Positions 36,777 through 48,905 of a stretch of DNA of 64,000 nt are shown one piece after another (position 1 is the stretch's first letter; each line of letters starts with the position of its first letter). The stretch is from Octopus bimaculoides (lineage: Eukaryota), in contig NC_068994.1 of assembly GCF_001194135.2 (NCBI RefSeq), forward strand, positions 19,090,911 to 19,154,910, given 5' to 3'. The translations under genes and the position numbers were made by a program. The notes under the pieces are model-generated. The model had not been told where the DNA came from. It did no database searches and saw nothing but the letters and a program-made list of their open reading frames with translations.

Positions 36777-37684
36777 GAACATCCACATTTAAGTGGGGAA
36801 TAATATTACCTCTCAGTATTAATACTGCCTCTGTCGCTAATATATATCTATAATAATATTCATTTGTTGTTGATGATGATGATAAAGGACATCACATGAG
36901 AATGAAGGCAAAGAGTTGGCTCTGGACTTGTGCAGCTCAGATTATCCCCGGGCTTCTGCACATTTAGTCATACATAGGAAAGTGTCATTTTGTTTGGTGA
37001 ATGCACAAGACATTTTTTTCAACCCTATGCCAGCAACTCAGCTTTGTCTTTACTTCATTGAAAACATTTTTTGGTGCAGTCAAGAATATATTTTGTGTTG
37101 TTGTTATTATTTAGAATGTGTACATTTTTTTGTTATTGTTGCATTTCATTTTTGAAGTGTTGTTCAGCAACAATACTTCAATAATTCACATACATCCGAC
37201 TTAAACAACATACACATGAACAACAATATGAACAAATAATTTTAAAACAAAGCATAATTATGCGTAAAAGAATAATCCTTAATTGTGCTCAAAAATATCT
37301 CATGAAAATCCATGGCAGAATGAAAGTGGCCGGCAATTGATGCCCTCATTGTAATTAAATAACACACTTTCCAAATAGATACAAACAGCCAACATTTATT
37401 GTCCATCCTCTTAAATGTTTACAGCATTTTCAGAGGGAAACACTATCACCCAGATTGAGAAACAATATGAAATGATAACATAAAATTAATAACCTTTGTT
37501 CAAGTATCCAATAACTGGCAAAAGCTGCCATACTGAAGAATAGTTGAAGGATGAAGGATGAAGGAGCAATAGCTGTGCTGAGAGAGGTGGAAGAGAGAGA
37601 AAAAAAATTATAAAGTAAGTTAGATTAGGTAGATAAATTGCTAGGGTGGGAAACTGAGTGAAGAGAGAGAGAGAGTGAGAGAGG

Positions 37685-37737
<53 letters not shown>

Positions 37738-38089
37738 GAATAGAGAGATGGGGAGGGGCAGAGAAATAGCAAGAAGGCTGGCGTGACAGGCATTCAGGTG
37801 AACAGACAGTGAAATATAAGGAGGAATGAAAGAATGAATGAGAGAAAAGATAGCCTAAGTGATAAAGTAAGAGATGGGAAGTGGGAAAAAGACAGAGTTC
37901 TACAATAGTCAGGAGGAATTAAAGTGGAAACATGATAAAATGACAGAGCTGTTGAGAGCGAGCAAATGTTAGAGAAACCGTGTGCGAGAATGCATATATA
38001 TTCATTTTGTTTCAGTCCCCTCAGCTGTAAGTGGGTGACCCTGCAATGAATTAGTGCTCTGTTCAAGGGGAATGTTGGTCTACCTGCCT

Positions 38090-38676
38090 AGTCAAAGAAA
38101 TCGACCCCAGGACTTATTTTTTAAAGCCTAGTACTCATTCTACTGATCTCTTTTGCCAAACCACAAAGCACCAGTTGTCAAGCAATGGTGGGGGACAAAC
38201 ACACACATAGATAGCGCAAGGCTATTGTAGAAGACACTTGCCCAAGGTTCCACACAGTGGGAATATATATTTGTGTATATATGTGTGCATACTGTGCACT
38301 GGTACATTTTTTTTTTAACCGTAAAAAGAAAATGCAATGATTTTATTTCACTTCTTTTATTTCAATCAGTTCAATCAGTTCAATCAGTTGGTTCATCAGA
38401 GTTGTTACTACTTGTGACTTCATCAATGGCAATCCCTATGGTAAGAAGCTTACTACCCAACCACATGGTTCTGGGTTCAGTCCCATTGCATGGCCCCTTG
38501 GGAAAGTGTCTTCTATAGCTTCAGGCCAACAAAGCCTTGTGAGTGGATTTGATTGGAGGAAACTAATGCATGTATGTATATATGTTTGAATAAAAGTTCT
38601 TGTTAAGGTACAGGCTAGTCTATTAATAATGAAAGAAAGAAAAATTAATATATTCTGCTATACACAATCACACTCT

Positions 38677-38722
<46 letters not shown>

Positions 38723-39028
38723 TATAAATTAAAAGGGTAAAGGTTTATCAATTTATTAATTTATTAATAAATCAACAGTTTGCTAGCATGGTCGAATGTA
38801 CTACTGGAATATCATATTGATGAAGGAAATTGAGTATTTATCACTCATAATCCAGAAACGCGTCTGCGATTAACTTCGGAATGGTTAGTTTTCATTGTTT
38901 TTTTCTTCTTGTTTTTGCCTTTGTGAGTTACAAGTAATGCTATCTGTTGGAGTCTCTGCTTTTTTAGCTGCTATTTCTGAGTTTCGGTATGTGGTGAAGC
39001 AAACATTTGCTGATCCCTTAATTATGTT

Positions 39029-39103
<75 letters not shown>

Positions 39104-40520
39104 GTGTGTGTGTGTGTGTCTTTGTGTCTGTGTTTGTCCCTGCCTTCTGCTTGACAACCGGTGTTGGTGTGTTTATGTCCCTGAAACTTAGCATTTCAGC
39201 AAAAGAAACTGGTAGAATAAGTGCCAACCATGCAAAAATAAGTACTGTTCAACTATATTTTTTCAAGGTGGTGCCCCAGCATGACCGCGGCCTTAATTAC
39301 TGAAACAAATAAGCGATAAAGAAAAAAGTCTGCCCTGAGTTTCACCCGTACAGGGTTCTCAGAGTAGGCTGGCAACTTTGATTTACAGGTGCAATATTGA
39401 TATTCCAGACATGAATGGTTTGGAACTGATTATAATCTGCACTAATTTATGAGCAAGAACTTCAAGTTCCTGTGGCCAGCAAACTAGTTTACTGGTACCT
39501 TGCACAGACTAGTATCTTGTACAGTAAAGGGTAAAGATCCACTTCAGTCATGAATGGCCATGGGATTGCACCTAGAAAGTTACCCTCTGAGGAAGAAGTC
39601 TGGGTAAGGTTGTTTATGGAAGATAAGCAGTCACCCATGCATGCCAGCCTCCCCTCTCCACACCACTGATGTTATCCAAGAGAAAGGCAAAACCTGATAC
39701 AGCTTGGCACCAGTGACATCACAACTCATTTTTACTGCCGAGTGAATTGGAGCAATGTGAAACAAAGTGTCTTGCTCAAGAACACAACATAGAGCCTGGT
39801 CCAGGAATTGAACTCATTACCTTATGTGAGCCTGATGCTCTAATCACTAAGCCATCACTTCCACAATATAGTATTAATATTGTACAGTATAGTATTAATA
39901 AACTTGTATAATGTATACAAATGTACAGGTGCCTGTGATTCATTTAATTATTTAAGTAAATTTAATATTTGCTTAATTTAGAGTGTGTTGACCAAAGTGA
40001 CCGAAGTGGTTTGGAAAAATCAAGAATTCCCGAAAGGCTTAGGAACCAATGATTCTAGAAAATTTAAGTTATACCTGTAATAAAAATATATATCTATTTA
40101 CTCTTCCCAGCATACTGAGTTCTATGCCAAATAAAGTTTGCAATATGTAAAATATATTATTGATATATTTTACTATTGTTACATTACTATATACATATAT
40201 ATAAATGTACGTGTGGCTACATGGTTCTAGGTTCAATCGCATTGTGTGACACCTTAGGCAAGTGACTTCTACTATAACCTCAGGCCAACTAAAGCCTTGT
40301 GAGTGGATTTTGGTAGATCCCACCACCACTTGACAACTTGTGTTGGTGTGTTTAAATCCCCCATAACTTAGTGGTTTGGCAAAAGAGATCAATAGAATAA
40401 GTACCAGGTTTGGAAAAAAAAAAAAAACAAGTACAGGGGATGATTCATTTGTCCAAAAATGTTTGAAAGCAGTGCTCCAGCATGGCCTCAGTCTTATGAA
40501 TGAAACAAATAAATGATAAA
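38090..40520. mobile_element. Cluster of partial SINE family B fragments
   Basis: Fragments at about 38090-38260, 38440-38570, 39095-39320 and 40215-40520. Further single fragments lie at 6905-7160, 22340-22490, 43820-44020 and 56840-56990. Confidence 0.65.
39527..39856 (-). mobile_element. tRNA-headed SINE related in head and core to 44419-44741, with a different 3' body
   Basis: Shares aagtgtcttgctcaag..acacaac..ggaattgaactca..cactaagccat with the 44.5 kb copy. Confidence 0.7.
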
Positions 40521-40555
40521 AGATATGTAACTGTGTGTGAACATGCACTCTAAAT

Positions 40556-41175
40556 CATCATCATCATCGTTTAATGTCCGCTTTCCATACTAGCATGGGT
40601 TGGACGATTTGACTGAGGACTGGTGGACCAGGTGGCTACACCAGGCTCCAATCTGATTTGGCAGAGTTTCTACAGCTGGATGCTCTTCCTAACGCCAACC
40701 ACTCTGAGAGTGTAGTGGGTGCTTTTACGTGCCACCAGCACAAAGGCCAGTCAGGCGGTACTGGCAACGGCCACGCTCGAAATGGTGTATTTTACATGCC
40801 ACCTACACAGGAGCCAGTCCAGCGGCACTGGCAACGATCTCGCTCGAATGTCTTTTCACCTATCACTGGCACAAGTGTCAGGAAGGTGACGTTGGTAACA
40901 ATCATGCTCAAATGGTGCCATTTACATGCCACCGGCATGGAAGCCAGACAGCTGCTCTGGCAACAATCACGCTCGGACGGTGCTCTTAGTGCTCCACTGG
41001 TACAGGTGCCATCACAATTTCACTTTCGCTTGCCCCAATAGGTCTTTGCAAGCCGAGTTTAGTGTTCAATGAAAGAGACATTGGCATGGGTGCCAGTCTA
41101 CAAATTTAGTTCGATTTCGATTTCACTTGCCTCAACAGGTCTTCACAAGCGGAGTTTAGTGTCCAATGAAGGAAT
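40556..41175 (-). mobile_element. RTE 3' UTR copy with (GAT)n tail
   Basis: Reverse complement is colinear with 6310-6875. Confidence 0.88.
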
Positions 41176-41764
41176 CATGCAATAATGCAAGTCTGTAGAA
41201 GGGTTAATGCTTCTAACATTATGAATAGTCTGTCAAGCTACAACTGTAATTATATGTTTTGAATTATATATGTTTTAAATTTTTACTACTCGTTGATCAT
41301 CTCTTATCTATTGTATTATTTTGATTATTTTATTGTGTTATTTTCTTTTCTCCAGCACCACTTTCTCTTCATGGCGATGTGTACTGGACATCATTTTATG
41401 GAAGACACTTACATATACTGGACATTCATATCTTGTCTTTGGTATGAGAGACCATCATTGAATGTACTTACTTTGCCTGAATGACTGTTCACATCTAAGA
41501 AACTCAGTGAATCAACAGTTCTGGAAGAATAAAGAAACTGAGTAATCTTCTTCCTTCATCTTTACATCTTTATACATGCATACATACATCATCATCGCTT
41601 TAACATTCACTTTGTCGTGCTTGCCTGGGTCAGACATGTTCTCACAGAATATTGGAAATGACTGACACTGCTTATATGACAGTGACACTCATTTACAAAT
41701 ATCACATAATGTCAAGACAAGGAGATGCTAACAGGCACACACATATATACATAAATACATGTGT

Positions 41765-41811
<47 letters not shown>

Positions 41812-42409
41812 AAAAAAAAGTCAAGGTAGAAAATGCTAAAATAATTTTATAAAAAACATTTCAGTACTGGTTTCAATCATTGAGCCTTTTTCAACTGTAA
41901 GTATAGAAAACAATTAAATTTTGGAAAAATTAAAAGAAAAGTCTTTTAAAATAATATTTGCATAGTATTCAAATACAAGGGGCATTTTCCTTGTTTCTGC
42001 CTGTCTCTGTCTCTCTTGTTTACTCTTACGGGTTCGAGAAATATGTATGTATGACAGGTTTTTTTCAGTTTCTGTCCACCAAATCCACTCATATATATAT
42101 ATATATATCTTTATTCGGTTGACCAGGGGTTATAATAAAAGGTGCCAAGAAGTAGGACTGAACCTAAATCCATGTGGTTGGGAAGCAAACTTCTTAGCCA
42201 CAGAACTACACCAGCACCTATGGACTTTATCAAATGCATACATATGTAAATACACTTACACACATATATACAGATAAAGTTCAAAGGCCTTTTCTATATG
42301 TATATAAATAAATAAAAAAGTAATGCTTCCGTTACTTCTGCTTAATTTTCTTTCTATCATTATTAATACACTAGCCTGTACACTAATGAGAACTTTTATT
42401 CCTAGATAT

Positions 42410-43625
42410 ATATATGCAACGTTTTGAACCATGAAGAATTTGTACTGGATTTTGGCAGAGTTTTGAAATTTTTTAAAACATTTTTTTGCAATTGTCTGAT
42501 AATACAGTCACAAACTTGCCCAATGCATCAATAAATTAACATTGATATTTGTTTCACCATTGTCAAAATCATCTGAAATGGAACTGTCAAAGCATGCTAT
42601 TTGAGCAATTTTGCTATTCAGCTTAAAAAAAAAAAACATCAAGTAGCTGAAACTGCTTGCGATATCAGCAAAACATTTGTTGAGGAAATGATCAGAGAGT
42701 GGTTAGCTCGAAAATGATTTAAACAATTTTGAGACCTGAGCCTTGAAGATTGATGACGGTCAATTAAAGACCATTGTTGAGAAAGATCCATGTAAAACCA
42801 CTCGAGAACTGGCAAAAGAACTTTAAGTTAGCCAAAAAACTCCCTGCAACCATTTGCATGCAATTGGAAAATCAAAAAAAGCTCAACAAATGGGTACCAC
42901 ATGATTTGAATGAAAATCAGAAAATGTGCAGATATAAAATTTGCTCATCGCTTCTTCTCCATAACCAGATCGATTCATTTCTCAACCATATTGTAACTTA
43001 CGATGAAAAGTGGATTCTGTACAATAATAAAATCATTCTTCACAGTGGTTGGACCAAAATGAAGCACCGCAAACCTTCCCTAAACCCGAGCTATTCAAAA
43101 AGAAGGTTATGGTGACTGTTTGGTGGTGTACTGCTGGACTCATCCACTATAACTTCTTAAAACCCAGGTAAACCATTACTGCAGAAATATATTGCCATGA
43201 AATTGTCAAAATAAACAAAAAACTGCTACTCCTCCATTTCAGACTGGTCAATAGAAGTGGACAATGCTTGACCACACGTTTCCCTAATGACACTCCAGAA
43301 GTTGAGGGAACTTGGCTACGAAGTTCTTCCCCACCCAGCTTATATCTCAGACCTTTCTCCTATCAACTACCACTTTTTCAAGCACCTTGATGGTTTCCTG
43401 TGAGAGGAGTTCAAAATATCAAGCCAAGACTAATAGTGCATTCAAAGAGTTCATCAGCTCCAGAACTCCAGATTTTTATGTTACTGGAATTAAACTTGTA
43501 ACTTGCTGGCAAAAATATGTTGATTGTAATGCCACTTAGTTTGATGAATAAAATTTCTGCATTGTTGAAATATATTGTGATGAATTTCGTGTTTCAAAAC
43601 GTTGCTTACTTTTTACTCAACCTGA
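42410..43625 (+). mobile_element. Near full-length decayed mariner transposon
   Basis: Reads WVPHDL, VTYDEKWILY, KKVMVTVWW and SDLSPINYHFFKHL, with many stops and frameshifts. Residual TIR match gcaacgttttgaa at both ends. Confidence 0.88.
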
Positions 43626-44066
43626 TACATACATACTTTTATTAAAGCTGAAAAATTCTTCACAAATTGTTACTCAGAATTTCATGTTACTGTTCATGGG
43701 ACGATAAATATAAACAATTAGATGAACTGAAGTATGTATATATATACTTTTATGTACATATATATATATTTATATATGTATATGTATATATGTGTGTATA
43801 TATATATGCATATGTGTGTGTGTGTCTGTTTGTACCCCCACGATCACTAGACTACCGATGTTGCTATGTTTACATCCCCATAATTTAGCGGTTCGGCAAA
43901 AAGAAACCGATAGAATAAGTACTATGCTTACAAATAATAAATCCTGTTGTTAGTTTCAACGACTAAAAGTGGTGCTCCAGCATGGCTGCAGTCACATGAC
44001 CAAAGCAAGTAAAACAATGAAAAAAACTGCCATTTTAATCCTGAGCAACACTGGGTATCTCTGCTA

Positions 44067-44111
<45 letters not shown>

Positions 44112-44418
44112 CACAGACACACACACATGGTGCCCTCCAGCTTCTCTTTCCCAATGATACTCTTGCTGTACTCACCCACTACTACGCTACTCACAGCCTT
44201 GTTTTCCCCAACTTCAAGTCGCTTCAGGCACTTAGTCTTGCAAGTTACAAGGTGACTTCTCTGTTTCATATTTCTGTTGAAGTACACAACCTTTGTTTCA
44301 ATTCTAAAAATATTGTAGAATTCAATGAAATAAGTTTATTATTTTTAAGCAAGTGTTAGGAACATTAATTTAACATAAATTTTGATGGAAAGTTTTTGAT
44401 CACTTTAAAACAATAAAA

Positions 44419-44741
44419 GAGCACTCCGTTGGTTACGACGACGAGGGTCCCAGCTAATATGATCAACGGAACAGTTTGCTCGTGAAATTAATGTGCAAGT
44501 GACTGAGCAATCCACAGACACGTGTACCCCTAACGTAATTCTCAGGGAGATTCAGCATGACACAGAGTGTGACAAGGTCAGCCCTTTGAAATACAGGTAC
44601 TACTAATTTTTGCTAGCTGAGTTGACTGGAGCAACGTGAAATAAAGTGTCTTGCTCAAGGACACACTGCGTTGCCGGGAATTGAACTCACAACCTTACAA
44701 TCGTGAGCCGAATGCCCTAACCACTAAGCCATGTACCTTCG
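44419..44741 (-). mobile_element. Full-length tRNA-headed SINE with an 18-bp target-site duplication
   Basis: Head tggcttagtggttagggc...gagttcaattcc and core gtgtccttgagcaagacact. Flanked by cactttaaaacaataaaa at 44401-44418 and 44742-44759. Confidence 0.87.
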
Positions 44742-44934
44742 CACTTTAAAACAATAAAATGGTATCATAGAACCAAGGGCAGTTCTGGGCATGTTGGTAT
44801 CAAAAGAGCTAATGATTAAAGAGTAATCAAATGAAAACTAGATTTGAAATTATAAATCTAAATTACAAGGTGGATTCCAGAAGTTTTGAGACTTTTTCAG
44901 GAGAGGCTTTTATTAATTTTAAAGAAATACAAAA

Positions 44935-45320
44935 CTCAAATCTCCTTCCAAATAGGATCCTCTGACTTCAATGTATTTGTTGTAGCACTCCAGCTACTCT
45001 GTGAAGGTTCCATGGAAGTCCTCCAAAGAGAAGATGTCCAGGACATTTGTTGCAGCTTCCTTCATCTTTCTGAGCTTGAAGAAAAACTAAAAGTTACATG
45101 AAACAAGGTTAGGACTGTAAGGGCAGGTGTGGTAGTTTTGATGCCCATCTCTGTCAAGTAATTGGTCACCAGGATGGAATTGTGAACTGGTGCATTGTTC
45201 TGATGCAGGTGCTCTGACCCTTTGCAATGAAATCTCTTTCTGAACTCCCTCAAAACCTCCACAAAGTACTTTTTAGTGACCGTCTGACCAGAGGGAAGCC
45301 AGTAAATGTAGTTGATGCCT
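44935..45320 (-). mobile_element. mariner transposase 3' fragment
   Basis: Reads EVLREFRKR..LHQNNAPVHNSILV, followed by a degenerate YSPDL region. Confidence 0.72.
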
Positions 45321-45356
45321 ATGCTGCCAAAATAAGGAGATCATCATGAGCTTTCT

Positions 45357-45587
45357 TATTTCTTTACTGCCGACAAGGGGCTACATACAGAGGGGACAAA
45401 CAAGGACAGACAAACGGATTAAGTCGATTACATTGACCCCAGTGCGTAACTGGTACTTAATTTATCGACCCCGAAAGGATGAAAGGCAAAGTCGACATCG
45501 GCGGAATTTGAACTCAGAACATAGCGGCAGACGAAATACCGCTAAGCATTTCGCCCAGTGTGCTAACGTTTCTGCTAGCTCGCCACC
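45357..45587 (-). mobile_element. Full-length SINE family A (tRNA head, Meta/MESC-like core) with TSD
   Basis: B box GAGTTCAAATTCC and core gcctttcatcctttcggggtcgataaattaagtaccag. A 16-bp flanking duplication lies at 45341-45356 and 45596-45611 (1 mismatch). Confidence 0.85.
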
Positions 45588-46274
45588 TGGAAAGCTCATC
45601 GTGAGCTTTCTGGTGAACTTGCTTTGTATGGCTTCATGTGCCAGTGAAAAGCAGATGCTTGGCTCGTTCAAGTTAATTCACAAGCAGTCTGGAGCATTTC
45701 ATAAGTTTCTGTAGCATTTTTGCCAGTTTAATACATATTGCATAGTGAGCTTCTTGTATAAAACTTTATTGCATAGTGAAGCTTCTAATTCTCTTCATGT
45801 TTTGAGTGCATTCTAAAACTGAGCCAGCTGTGACAAGCTGTGTTTAGTAGGGTGTGTTCAAAGTGCTGTTACAGCCATTTCCTTCAAACTGGAATAAAAG
45901 TTGGCATGTCAGCTTATTAGGACCAAAACTTCTGGAATGCATCTCACAACTTAAGTGTTGGGAAAGAGACTTGAAATAAAAGTGTGTGTATGTGTATATA
46001 TCATCACTTAAACGTTCACTTTTACATATTTACAAGGCTGAGATGGAATCTGAAGCTGGGTGTCCTTACTGTGACCACCCCTCACCTGTTTCAAAGCAAG
46101 GTATATTTTTCTTCCAAGGCTTGACACATTTCTACAGAAGACTGGAAACAAACAACCCCATTTGTTTAACAGTGATACTTGATTGCAGCTATTGCATGAG
46201 GTCAAAACAAGGAAACACAAACATATACACATGCATGTACATACACACACAAATATGACATATATAGACATTTT

Positions 46275-46830
46275 CCTTTTTATTTGTTTCAGTCATTTGA
46301 CTGCAGCCATGCTGGAGCACTGCTTTTAGTCAAACAAATCGACCCTGGACTTATTCTTTGTAAGCCTAGTACTTATTCTATCGGTCCTTTTTGTTGAACC
46401 ACTAAGTTACGGGGACGCAAACACACCAACATCGGTTAAACGATGGTGGAAGGACAAACACAGACACAAACAAACACATACATATATGACTGGCTTCTTT
46501 CAGTTTCCATGTACTAAATCCACTCACAAGGCTTTGGTTGGCCCAAGGCTATAGACACGTGCCCAAGGTGCCATGTAGTGGGACTGAAACCGGAACCATG
46601 TGGTTGGTAAGCAAGCTACTTACCACACAGCCACTCCTGCACCTATTTATATATATATATATATATATATATGATAGGCTTTCACACAGATTTACTCTAC
46701 CAAATTCACTCAAAACACTTTGGTCAACTCAGGCTATAGCAGAAGTGACTTGCCCAAGGTGCTTTGTTGCGGGACAGAACCTGAAACCATGTGGCTGGTA
46801 AGTAAACTTCTTAACCACACAGCCATGTCA
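46275..46830 (-). mobile_element. SINE family B copy plus a second head fragment
   Basis: Reverse of the 34688-35078 consensus, with an extra head at about 46670-46830. Confidence 0.8.
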
Positions 46831-47099
46831 CATGTATGTGTGTGTGTTACATGTAAACTATCATACTTAGTATAGTGAACTGAAAATAATTTTGAATCAA
46901 GTGAAATTATAACTGCAATAAAAAGAAAATTATTAATGTTAATGAAAATTACTCTCAAAGAGGGTAAGGGAGAGAACTCTCATAATTTCAGTTGGCTCTG
47001 AACAGATGGTTCTAGACAAGGTACAAATGTGTTGTCTACTACTGAACTACTCATGTATTTCGAATGGAGAAGCTGTCACATAAAAAATAACCATTACTC

Positions 47100-47560
47100 T
47101 TTTAATCTTTTACTTGTTTCAGTCATTTGACTGCAGCCATGCTGGAGCACCACCTTTAGTCGAGCATATCAACCCCAGGACTTATTCTTTGTAAGCCTAG
47201 TACTTATTCTATTGGTCTTTTTTTGCCGAACCGCTAAGTTACGGGGACATAAACACACCAGCATCGGTTGTCAAGCGATGGTGGGGGGGACAAACACAGA
47301 CACACAAACATATATATATATATATATATATATATGGGAGAATATACAAATAATAACAACAGACGAGGACAGGTGGTGTAAATAACAAAAGGATATATTA
47401 GTATGTTCTTTCAGTTTCCGTCTACCAAATCCACACACAAGGCTTTGGTTGGCCCGAGGCTGTAGTAGAAGACACTTGCACAAGGTGCCATGCAGTGGGA
47501 CTGAACCCGGAACCATGTGGCTGGTAAGCAAGCTACTTACCACACAACCACTCCTGCGCC
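47100..47560 (-). mobile_element. Full-length SINE family B copy
   Basis: Reverse of 34688-35078, ending ccacacaaccactcctgcgcc. Confidence 0.83.
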
Positions 47561-48325
47561 TAGAACTATCTAAAAGAAAACTTTATATTGCATAGAGAGC
47601 TTCTAAATTGTCTTCATGTCTTGACCACATTCTACAAACTAGTCAGCTGTGATAAGCAGTGTTTAGTAGGGTGGGTTCAAAGTGCTTTTACAGCCACTTC
47701 CTTCAATCTGGAATAATAAAAGTCGGCAAGTCAGCTTATTAGATGTATATTAATGATATACTGAATTTACAATAATCTAGGACAGTCATAACTAACTTGC
47801 CAAAAAATAAATGCAAAATTTCTGAAACGCACCTCGTAAATGAATATTAAGTGTTGGGAAAAAGATTTGAAATTAAAAAAAACGTGGTAATATGACTAAG
47901 TGGAAAAATTTTCTCCATCAAATAATCTGTTAACATTTTTAAGTACACTTGGAAAAGTGATATGAACTTAATAGCATGGCTAATTTGAAAATGGCTGCAG
48001 CTAACTGGCAGTATTTGTGTAGCTTTGCAGAGAGTTAAATTAACAAAGTGGGTGGGTGGGGGGAGAGAAAGGGGGGATAGGGAAACAGAGAGAGGTATTG
48101 TGTATGCAGTGATATTATTTTTAAATAGATTTTTAAATAAACATGTCAGAAGTATTTAAAATTCTGTCTTCCTGCAGATATCAAAATATATGCACTTCAT
48201 TGATCTGAACATTCTCTTTTTTTTCATTTGCTGATTCTGTTGGAAGAAGCAGTGACCATGTCCTTTGCAGTTCCTCTTAGACCAGTGAAAATGCTGCCAA
48301 TTAAGTTTCTCTTGAACTTTTCTAA

Positions 48326-48367
<42 letters not shown>

Positions 48368-48714
48368 GTAGTGAGAGAATTCCGGGGGAGGTTGACATTC
48401 TGGCAAGAAAGAACTGGATGTAGTGATTAGTGCTGGACCTGGGAGCAGGACATAAAGGCAAGGAGATGAGAAGTTCAGAATAAAATGGGAATCTTATTGA
48501 GTGGAGGTAGCATGAACCTAGCCAGTACAAAGGAAGCCACTATGTTAGGTGTAGAAAAGGCAGAGAGATGAGACAATGCACTTATGAGCCAGAGGCTGGA
48601 GTGTGTTTGTCGCTGACTTTATTATACCATAAATTCTATAATTCTTTCTGTTAACAGAAACAGATGTAAAGATGTGTTGATATTTGTGTGTAGGAAGGCA
48701 TTGAGCTGCTAGAA

Positions 48715-48905
48715 TCATTATTGCTTTGGGAAAAATGCTTAGCGGCATTTCATCTGTCTTTACATTCTGAGTTCAAATGCTGCCAAGGTCAACTTTGCCT
48801 TTTATCCTTTCAAGGTCGATAAAATAAGTACCAGTTGAGTACTGGAGTTGATGTAATTGACGTATCCCCTCCCTTGAACTTGCTAGCTTTATTCCAAAAT
48901 TTTAA
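48715..48905 (+). mobile_element. SINE family A copy
   Basis: ttctgagttcaaat...caactttgccttttatcctttcaaggtcgataaaataagtaccag. Confidence 0.8.
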
